Below, one piece after another: positions 56,982 to 64,000 of a stretch of DNA of 64,000 nucleotides. The stretch is from Candidatus Bathyarchaeia archaeon. GTDB lineage: Archaea > Thermoproteota > Bathyarchaeia > Bathyarchaeales > DTEX01. Every line of letters begins with the position of its first letter. Position 1 is the first letter of the stretch. The stretch lies in the NCBI GenBank assembly GCA_038868075.1, contig JAWBXB010000005.1:43540-107539 (forward strand), written 5' to 3'. Below the pieces are notes generated by a model. That model searched no databases. It saw only the letters and a list, made by a program, of their open reading frames with translations, and was not told where the DNA came from. Both the position numbers and the translations under genes were made by a program.

Positions 56982-57635
56982 TTACTTCGGAACCGTTAAA
57001 ACCCTTATGTAGTCTCCAACATCGGCGCAGCTATCTGCAGCATCCTCCATATAATCTGCTAAGTCTTTCAGTATCATTAGGGTTGCTGGATTTATCTTGT
57101 TTCCATATTTTAGTAGGAGGGATTTTATCTCTAGATGATACTTATCAACCTTATTTTCCTCTTCCTCAATCTTTAATGATAGATTTCTAGCCTCTGAAGG
57201 ATTTTCACCAAGGAACTTTAGGCTCTCTTTAAGCGTTGCAGCACATCTAACAACACTGATAGCCATTTCGGAATAAGCCCTCCAAATATCTTCCGGAACT
57301 TCACTATTCAGCAAGATAAGTATGCTTCTAGCAGAGTCCTTAATGAAGTCGGCCATAACGTCAAGTCGCTTAACGAGATGCATAATATCCTCTCTATCCC
57401 TAGGGGGTAAACTTCCCTTGGTCAGCTCTTCAAATACAGTTCTTCTAAGGTTATCTATCTCTTCCTCGATTAGGAAGAGGCGCTCAATAGTGGTTTTAGC
57501 ACCAGACTTGTCACCTGAAAAAATAGATTTCACAGCCCTCTCCAAATCGTTTACTGTGTCGAGAGCTAACGTCATCTGTCTATATGCTATATCAAGAACC
57601 TTATTTTTATGTCTTTTTTCAAACCATCGCTCCAT
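56982..57635 (-). CDS. DUF47/PhoU-like protein (TIGR00153-type)
   Basis: Helical repeat protein with the PhoU-like E..D/D...D motifs (EEEIDNLRR, EDAADSCADVGD). Confidence 0.65.
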   Translation of the reverse strand: MERWFEKRHKNKVLDIAYRQMTLALDTVNDLERAVKSIFSGDKSGAKTTIERLFLIEEEIDNLRRTVFEELTKGSLPPRDREDIMHLVKRLDVMADFIKDSARSILILLNSEVPEDIWRAYSEMAISVVRCAATLKESLKFLGENPSEARNLSLKIEEEENKVDKYHLEIKSLLLKYGNKINPATLMILKDLADYMEDAADSCADVGDYIRVLTVPK

Positions 57636-57700
57636 GAATGAAGGACTCCTTTAAACCAAAAATAACACTAATATAATATTATTTAATCTTTTCTTATTTT

Positions 57701-58801
57701 CTACTCTATGGATATAGCCTTCTTTAAACCCTCTTTAGGATAGGGATAGATTAGTAGAAATTCACGTGGCAGAATTAAAGCCACCTCATCTCCAATCTCA
57801 AATTTAAGAGCCTCAGATGAAAGGGGTTTCTTCACGGCTACCATAATATCATTCTCTGTTCGAACCTCAAAGCGGATGGAACCGCTCAAAAAGGCTCTTC
57901 CCTCAATAACCCCCCTCCAAACCTCCCTAGGCGGGCCAGTTCTTCTCATGATCACGAATTCAGGTCTTATGGCCACGACAACCCTTCCTTCTTCCGGGTT
58001 AATTTTACATTTACTATAAAGCGTTTTTCCGCCAACATCTATTTTTACGCAGTCATCCTCCTCACCAATAAAGTTGCCTACAAGAAAGTTTGCTTCACCA
58101 ACAAAGTTTGCTGTAAAGAGGTTTTTTGGGCGCATGTAAAGCTCAATTGGGGTTCCAATCTCAACTATCTCTCCAGCTCTCATAACAACAATTCTATCAG
58201 CAATCGACATAGCCTCCTCCTGGTCATGTGTAACATGAATTGCCGTTAACCCAAGGTCCTTAACGAGCCTCCTCAATTCATGTCTAAGGATCCTCCTAAC
58301 CTTAGCATCTAATGAGCCTAGGGGCTCATCGAGCAATAGCAATTTTGAGCCTGAGACTAACGCTCTTGCAACAGCGGTTTTCTGTTTTGCGCCACCGCTA
58401 AGCGCGTCAGGTTTATCTCTAACCCTATCATATAAGCCCATCATGTTAAGAATCTCCCTAATGAGGTTTTCAGCTTTAGAGATGCTCCAGCCTTTAACGA
58501 AGGGACCATAACAAATATTCTCATAAACATTCATGTGAGGGAAGAGCGCAATCTCCTGAAAAACATATCCGATCTCCCTATCCTCTATTGGCAGATTATT
58601 TACAAGCCTACCTCCTATGTATATTTCTCCTTCATCAGGCTTAATAATCCCAGCTATACATTTTATTAGCGTGGTTTTCCCACATCCGCTTGGGCCAATT
58701 ATACACAGATACTCTTTATCCTCAACTTGGAGATTAACGTTCTTCACTGCGAAGATATTGCCATACTTCTTTGTAATGTTAATTAAGCGGACTGTTGGAA
58801 T
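57701..58801 (-). CDS. ABC transporter ATPase with a C-terminal TOBE-like domain (second of two)
   Basis: Walker A GPSGCGKTT, LSGGAKQKTAVARAL, LLLDEPLGSLD. The ORF track starts at GTG 58747, but alignment to the paralog upstream (MPSIKMVNVTKRYGNVTAIKDLSL) requires (M)PTVRLINITKKYGNIFAVKNVNL, which means an ATT start at 58801. Confidence 0.85.
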   Translation of the reverse strand: MPTVRLINITKKYGNIFAVKNVNLQVEDKEYLCIIGPSGCGKTTLIKCIAGIIKPDEGEIYIGGRLVNNLPIEDREIGYVFQEIALFPHMNVYENICYGPFVKGWSISKAENLIREILNMMGLYDRVRDKPDALSGGAKQKTAVARALVSGSKLLLLDEPLGSLDAKVRRILRHELRRLVKDLGLTAIHVTHDQEEAMSIADRIVVMRAGEIVEIGTPIELYMRPKNLFTANFVGEANFLVGNFIGEEDDCVKIDVGGKTLYSKCKINPEEGRVVVAIRPEFVIMRRTGPPREVWRGVIEGRAFLSGSIRFEVRTENDIMVAVKKPLSSEALKFEIGDEVALILPREFLLIYPYPKEGLKKAISIE

Positions 58802-58802
58802 A

Positions 58803-59915
58803 TTATATCACCTCCAGCTCCTTATAGAGCCCATGAGGCGGATACTGGTATACCTTTAAATCCTCCGGTCTTAGGCGAACATAAACCCTTTCTCCAATCC
58901 TGAACTTTTCTAAGCCAAGGATGCTCGGCATCTTAGAGTTAACTTTATCCCCATTATCAAGCATGATAGAGTAAGATATGAAATCTCCTAGAAAACTAAC
59001 TTCCGATACGACTCCAGGAAAAAGGTTAATCTCCTCCCTCCTACGCACCCCCTTAATAACCTCAACCTTCTCCTCCCTAACCATGACAACAACCCTCTCG
59101 CCAACAACCCTACTGATGTCATTAACCCGCAGGAGAAAGCCGTTCCTAAGCTGAATCCAAGAGCCGTACTGATCAACCTCAGCGATAAAACCCTCGAAAA
59201 AGTTTGCTCCACCAACAAAGTGGGCTACAAATATGCTTCTAGGCTCATTATAAACTTGTGATGGCGGCCCCTCCTGCTGTATCTCACCATTTCTCAAAAC
59301 AACAATTCTGTCGGCAACAACCATGGCTTCCTCCTGGTCATGTGTAACATGAATTGTTGTCAAATTATTTTCCTTAGCCATATTCCTAAGCTTATACCTT
59401 AACTCAACCCTCAATCTGGCATCTAAAGCGCCAAGCGGCTCATCCAAAAGTAGAATCTTTGCACCGGACGCAAGCCCCCTCGCTAAAGCCAAGCGCTGCT
59501 GCATTCCACCGCTAAGTTCATGCGGGAAGGAATTGGCTCTCCACGTAAGTCTAGTTATCTCGAGCATCTGCATCGATACTTTATAGGCTTCTTCCTTACT
59601 AAAGCCTCTAGAGATGGGTCCGAACGCAACGTTATCAATTACGCTCATATGTGGAAAAAGGGCGTAATATTGTGGAACATAAGCTACGTTCCTCTCCTGA
59701 GGTGGAAACTCATTCACGAGTTTTCCATCAATATATATTTCTCCGCCATCGGGCTTAACAATCCCAGCTATGAGCTTAAGCAAGGTTGTCTTTCCACTTC
59801 CAGTTGGGCCGAGAACACATATGTATTCGCCATCATTTATCGTCAAGCTTAAATCCTTAATCGCCGTTACATTGCCGTATCTTTTTGTAACGTTCACCAT
59901 CTTTATTGACGGCAC
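58803..59915 (-). CDS. ABC transporter ATPase with a C-terminal TOBE-like domain (first of two)
   Basis: Walker A GPTGSGKTT, LSGGMQQRLALARGL, LLLDEPLGALD. CysA/PotA/FbpC-like layout. Confidence 0.9.
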   Translation of the reverse strand: MPSIKMVNVTKRYGNVTAIKDLSLTINDGEYICVLGPTGSGKTTLLKLIAGIVKPDGGEIYIDGKLVNEFPPQERNVAYVPQYYALFPHMSVIDNVAFGPISRGFSKEEAYKVSMQMLEITRLTWRANSFPHELSGGMQQRLALARGLASGAKILLLDEPLGALDARLRVELRYKLRNMAKENNLTTIHVTHDQEEAMVVADRIVVLRNGEIQQEGPPSQVYNEPRSIFVAHFVGGANFFEGFIAEVDQYGSWIQLRNGFLLRVNDISRVVGERVVVMVREEKVEVIKGVRRREEINLFPGVVSEVSFLGDFISYSIMLDNGDKVNSKMPSILGLEKFRIGERVYVRLRPEDLKVYQYPPHGLYKELEVI

Positions 59916-59920
59916 CTCTG

Positions 59921-61606
59921 CTACTTCCTCCTCCTAGTCAGTGTCCTTAGGGCTAATAGGACTATAAATGACGATATTATGTAAATTCCCACACTCAAAG
60001 CCTTTTGCGAGCCAGTTATCCCTCCATCCATAATCCAGTTAACGAGTAAAATTGGCGTCGTCCAGAACTCCTTTGTTCTCGCAGCAGCCTTAGCTGCACC
60101 AGTCTCGCCTAAAGCCCTAGTGAATACTAAGACGGCTCCGGAGAAAATTGAATATTTTGTGAGTGGAAGGGTTATTTCACGGAATATCGTGAACGGTTTT
60201 GCGCCCAGTGTGCTGGCAACCTCCTCAACTTCTAAAGGTATGCTTTCCATGGCAGCAGCCATAGACTCAACAAAATAAGTGTAGGTTATGGTCGTATGGG
60301 AAAGTAATAGAACCCAGAATTCATGAATGAAAGGATATCTTCCCCAGAAAAGCCTTAAGGATGTTCCAAGCGCAATTGAGGGGACAATTATCGGCACATT
60401 AACTAATGCCTTAAATATTGGTGTTGCACCACTAAGCTTCCTTCTAGCAATAACTATAGCTGCTGGAAGGCCTAAAATAATATTTATTATTGTCGATAGC
60501 AAGCCAATAGTGTAAGAGATTGCCATGCTACGCCAAAATTCGCCCCAGGAGCCTGAGCCTATTAGAGCCTCACTTAAAGTTCCATCTATAAGCGCGCCAA
60601 TCATTGGTAGGGCAATAAATAGAGAGGGAGATAAAACCACGAGAAGAAATACTAGGAGTGTTAAGCCATCTCTAAATCTAATGGCTTCAGAGTAACTGAG
60701 TCTTTTTTCTATTGATGGAAAGGCTCGCCTAACTGGAAATCTGAATTTAGGTGCCAGCAAACTTATTAGAAAGAATAATATTGTTGATGCAAATATTAAA
60801 ATGGAGCTCACGTAGACTAAAACGCTATTCTTTAGGTGCTCCGGAAGACCAGCCATATCCATAATTCTAAATAGGAAGACTGGTCCGTTCTCCCATTGCC
60901 CAGCCACCATGACCGTTGCACCAGTCTCCGAAAGTGAGCGGGCGAATGCTAGTAGGAAAGATGCTATTATACCTGGCTTAAGTAGTGGCAGGGTTATTGT
61001 TCTAACTGCTGTTAATGGCTGTGCGCCTAGAGTTCTGGCAGCAATCTCGTAAACCTCCTTATAGTTTAGTAGCTCGCCTACCATAACTCTCACAATAACT
61101 GGGTATGAGAAGGAGAAGTGTAAGAGAAAAACTAGGAGGAGTCCCTCTGGGATAAGCGATTCTACTCCAAAAATCCTTGAGATTCCATTAGGTTTACTCC
61201 AGAATAGGAGCGCTGAGTATCCTAGAGCTGCTGTTGGTATGAGGAATGGTATGTCCACCATGGTATCTATAATGTGTGCAAGCTCGATCCTGCTTCTAAC
61301 TATAAACCATGCGAGGGGTAGCGCCGCTATTAAATCCAGAGTTGCAACAATAAAAGCCATAAGGAACGATCGGGTTATTGCCGCATTAGCTCTAGCCAAT
61401 AGATTAGGCTCATGTAATATGATCTCTATCTGACCAATATTCTGAAGTATTCCGATGATTGGGGGGATGAGGATGAATACAAAGAAGAATATGATTGAGA
61501 ATGCATAAATCAAATATTTAATTGAATTTATCGAGGAGAGGGAGTCAAGTTTTCTAACCAGACCGCGCATGCTACCATAATCCTTTAGGGAAACACTGTT
61601 TCTCAT
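59921..61606 (-). CDS. ABC importer permease, fused double-domain type (FbpB/ThiP-like, about 12 TM helices)
   Basis: Two EAA-loop motifs (EIAARTLGAQPLTAVRTITLPLLKPG and EVASTLGAKPFTIFREITLPLTKYS) in one 561-aa polypeptide. Confidence 0.85.
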   Translation of the reverse strand: MRNSVSLKDYGSMRGLVRKLDSLSSINSIKYLIYAFSIIFFFVFILIPPIIGILQNIGQIEIILHEPNLLARANAAITRSFLMAFIVATLDLIAALPLAWFIVRSRIELAHIIDTMVDIPFLIPTAALGYSALLFWSKPNGISRIFGVESLIPEGLLLVFLLHFSFSYPVIVRVMVGELLNYKEVYEIAARTLGAQPLTAVRTITLPLLKPGIIASFLLAFARSLSETGATVMVAGQWENGPVFLFRIMDMAGLPEHLKNSVLVYVSSILIFASTILFFLISLLAPKFRFPVRRAFPSIEKRLSYSEAIRFRDGLTLLVFLLVVLSPSLFIALPMIGALIDGTLSEALIGSGSWGEFWRSMAISYTIGLLSTIINIILGLPAAIVIARRKLSGATPIFKALVNVPIIVPSIALGTSLRLFWGRYPFIHEFWVLLLSHTTITYTYFVESMAAAMESIPLEVEEVASTLGAKPFTIFREITLPLTKYSIFSGAVLVFTRALGETGAAKAAARTKEFWTTPILLVNWIMDGGITGSQKALSVGIYIISSFIVLLALRTLTRRRK

Positions 61607-61663
61607 CTTCTTGACTCTTTAATTGAGACATCACATATATATTTTATCAATCTTAATCTCATA

Positions 61664-62098
61664 TTGCTTATGAAAACTAAAGAAATGGATGGATGTGGCA
61701 GCCGTAGGGAAATAACTGTAAGGGGGATAGTGAGAACTGGAATTAATGAGGGAAGCAGATTCACAGCACTGCCGTGGTTTAAGAGGCAGGTTAAGGAGAT
61801 ACTGGGCTTCGAGCCCTATCCTGGAACACTAAACCTACTTCTAGCAAATGAGGATTATGATAACCTAATGGTCCTCTTGAGTAAAAATGCTGGGTTTGAA
61901 ATAGTTCCCGAGAACGGTTATTTACCGGGTAGGCTTTATAGGGCACTTATAATGTCAAGTGTTTTAGGGGCTGTTGTCAGACCTAATGTTCCAAATTATC
62001 CAAGGAACCTTCTGGAGATTATTGCTCCAATTAATTTAAGGAGACTTCTGAACCTTAGGGATGGAGATGAAGTTGAGGTTAAAGTGCTGCTTGAATAA
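61664..62098 (+). CDS. ribK: CTP-dependent riboflavin kinase (stand-alone, no HTH)
   Basis: GIVRTGINEGSRFTALPWFKRQVKEILGFEPYPGTLNLLL and LEIIAPINLR parallel the kinase domain of 30936..31640. Confidence 0.8.
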   Translation: MLMKTKEMDGCGSRREITVRGIVRTGINEGSRFTALPWFKRQVKEILGFEPYPGTLNLLLANEDYDNLMVLLSKNAGFEIVPENGYLPGRLYRALIMSSVLGAVVRPNVPNYPRNLLEIIAPINLRRLLNLRDGDEVEVKVLLE

Positions 62099-62738
62099 TG
62101 AGCTCGGTACATTCTCCATGGTTGCCAGATGTCCAAAAACACTTACTTTGGGTGTTTGCGTTGCCTCCGCATCCCTAGCTGTTGGAAGCGCTGTTCCACA
62201 TGTAGAGCCTGGTGTTGGCGCCATAGCTGTTCAAGGGTACACATGCTTCTCCCATGGGGTTAATGGGCTGAAGCTTCTCAAAAATGGGCTTAAGCCAATT
62301 GATGTCTTAAAAACCCTGCTTGGAAATGATTATTTAAGAGAAATGAGACAAATATCTATAATTGATGTATTCGGTGAGAGAGCAGCGTTTACTGGCAGGG
62401 AAACGTTAAAGTGGAGTGGGCACATCATCGGTGAAGATTATGTTGCAGCGGGTAACGCCCTAGCATCTGGAAAAGTCCTTGAATCTATGATTGAAGCATT
62501 CGAGAATTCTGAGGGTGAATGGCTCGCTGAGAGACTTCTAAAAGCCCTAGAAGCTGGGCAGGAGACTGGAGGAGACTGGAGAGGGACACGTTCAGCAGCG
62601 CTAGTTATGGTTGAGAGGGAGCCTATACATGAGCCCCGTCCAAAAATAGATTTGAGGGTTGACTTGCATAATGAGCCAGTTAAGGAGCTACGCCGTATAT
62701 TTGAGTCTTATAAAAGGTGGATGCAAATTACACGCTAA
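62061..62738 (+). CDS. DUF1028 family protein (Ntn-hydrolase fold)
   Basis: TFSMVARCPKTLTLGVCVASASLAVGSAVPHVEPGVGAIAVQGYT matches the DUF1028 N-terminus (usually MTFSIVAR...). The start is uncertain (ATG 62061, ATG 62067, TTG 62091). Confidence 0.75.
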   Translation: MEMKLRLKCCLNNELGTFSMVARCPKTLTLGVCVASASLAVGSAVPHVEPGVGAIAVQGYTCFSHGVNGLKLLKNGLKPIDVLKTLLGNDYLREMRQISIIDVFGERAAFTGRETLKWSGHIIGEDYVAAGNALASGKVLESMIEAFENSEGEWLAERLLKALEAGQETGGDWRGTRSAALVMVEREPIHEPRPKIDLRVDLHNEPVKELRRIFESYKRWMQITR

Positions 62739-62740
62739 AA

Positions 62741-63823
62741 TTATCTGTCCCGCTTCCCCTCTATAAACTCCTCAACCCACCTCTTCGCTACTGGATCCTC
62801 AACCTGGATTGGCGGGTGCTTAAAGGCGTATGCTGATATGCTAATTAGCGGTCCAGCGATTCCTCTGTCGAGCGCTATTTTAGTCGCCCTTATAACATCT
62901 ATCACTACGCCAGCGCTGTTAGGTGCATCCTCAACCTCAAGTTTAACCCACACCTTCACCGGCTGGTCCCCAAAGTTTCTACCTCTAACATAGATATAGC
63001 ATATTTTCTTATTCTCCAGGAAAGGTACGAAGTCGGATGGACCTATCCTTGTGGGCACATCGTATGGAACTAGACTTGTGACAGCCTCAGTCTTACTTAT
63101 GCGTTTAGACTTAAGTCTCTGCTCTAACGTCATATTCTGGAAGTCGGTGTCTCCGCCGATATTCAGTTGATATGTCTCATCGATCTTAACGCCCCTATCA
63201 ACGAAAAGCCTAATTATTTCCCTATGGAGTATTGTTGCACCTAGCTGGCTTTTGATATCATCGCCAGCAACTGGTAGCCCAGCCTTCTCAAATTTAGCGC
63301 CCCATTCTTTATCGCTTGCAATAAACTCTGGAATGCAATTAACGAATGCGCATCCAGCATCTATGGCTGCCTGAGCGTAGAAACGCGTTGCCTCGAAGCT
63401 GCCAACTGGCATGTAATTCACGAGTACGTCTGCCCTAGTCTCTCTTAGAACTTCGGCGACATCCACTGGCTTAATTTCATCCTCCGAGTATACTCTGAAT
63501 GCCTCTCTCATATGAGGCCCAACACCGTCTAATATTGGCGCTGGCATGACTTCAACCCCTAATTTAGGTAGCGACTTAACAAACCTTGGGCAGCAGTTTG
63601 GCTCGGTAAATACTGCCTCGCTAAGGTCTCTTCCAATTTTTAGTCTATTAACCTCGAAGGCTGCAACAAACTTTATGTCTCGAACATGATAATCGCCAAA
63701 TTTAACATGCATTAAGCCTGGAACGAAATCCGTCTCTTTAGCATCCCTATAGTAATGGACGCCTTGAACTAAGGCTGACGCGCCATTTCCGACGCCAGCT
63801 ATTGCAACCCTAATTTCAGCCAA
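62741..63823 (-). CDS. ino1: myo-Inositol-1-phosphate synthase (short bacterial/archaeal Ino1 type)
   Basis: IRVAIAGVGNGASALVQGVHYY, VPGLMHVKFGDYHVRDIKFVAAF, GDDIKSQLGATILHR and SPNSAG-like DAPNSAGVVID blocks closely parallel mycobacterial-type Ino1 (recalled). TTG start. Confidence 0.9.
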   Translation of the reverse strand: MAEIRVAIAGVGNGASALVQGVHYYRDAKETDFVPGLMHVKFGDYHVRDIKFVAAFEVNRLKIGRDLSEAVFTEPNCCPRFVKSLPKLGVEVMPAPILDGVGPHMREAFRVYSEDEIKPVDVAEVLRETRADVLVNYMPVGSFEATRFYAQAAIDAGCAFVNCIPEFIASDKEWGAKFEKAGLPVAGDDIKSQLGATILHREIIRLFVDRGVKIDETYQLNIGGDTDFQNMTLEQRLKSKRISKTEAVTSLVPYDVPTRIGPSDFVPFLENKKICYIYVRGRNFGDQPVKVWVKLEVEDAPNSAGVVIDVIRATKIALDRGIAGPLISISAYAFKHPPIQVEDPVAKRWVEEFIEGKRDR

Positions 63824-63960
63824 AAATTATCACCGCCAATCTAAAAATTCATCTTGCAAATTTATAAAATTAATTTCTTTCAGACATAACTCTTCAAAAA
63901 TCTTTTTATTAGAGGAGGAATTAATGTCCTATAGGTTTTCAGATGTTTGGAGAGGCTGGC

Positions 63961-64000
63961 ATGAGCGGAGAGGAAGATAAGGAGCTTGAAAGAATTAGGC
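63961..64000 (+). CDS. 5' end of a gene running out of the window (possibly a PDCD5/TFAR19-like DNA-binding protein)
   Basis: ATG 63961 followed by MSGEEDKELERIR, reminiscent of the archaeal PDCD5-homolog N-terminus. Only 13 codons are visible. Confidence 0.3.
   Translation, partial: MSGEEDKELERIR

Overview
This window is an AT-rich archaeal chromosomal segment that is densely coding on both strands, with many TTG and GTG starts. The archaeal assignment rests on these genes: GatD/GatE, RNase P protein subunits Rpp30 and Pop5, r-proteins eL15 and eL13, aEF-1beta, Cdc48/VCP, pyruvoyl arginine decarboxylase, Taw1, archaeal PPAT, CTP-dependent riboflavin kinase, the thiolase/DUF35 pair, and an initiator tRNA-Met with an A1:U72 pair. 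The presence of eL13 suggests a TACK-like lineage, but that is inference only. Most of the window is housekeeping and central metabolism: NadA, FdhD, MtaD, PheA, RpiB, PfkA-type PFK, MIPS, MetAP, and a PurM-like protein. The features I consider worth follow-up are listed here.
1. An RNA polymerase subunit H that carries a eukaryote-type Rpb5 N-terminal domain.
2. A 540-aa LAGLIDADG intein inserted next to the CxxxCxxC motif of a PflX-like radical SAM enzyme.
3. A four-gene cluster of unannotatable winged-helix paralogs.
4. A MacB/FtsX-type ABC operon that encodes a 1069-aa CARDB/S-layer-like protein, with a divergent PadR gene and duplicated palindromic operators.
5. A duplicated tRNA 3' end that looks like an integration scar.
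6. Decay features: vapBC remnants, a broken EamA transporter, and a frame-split collagen-like surface protein.
7. Two genes whose conserved N-termini require ATC or ATT initiation.
I saw no CRISPR array, no rRNA, and no intact transposase. All family assignments come from motif recognition by eye and memory. No searches were run.
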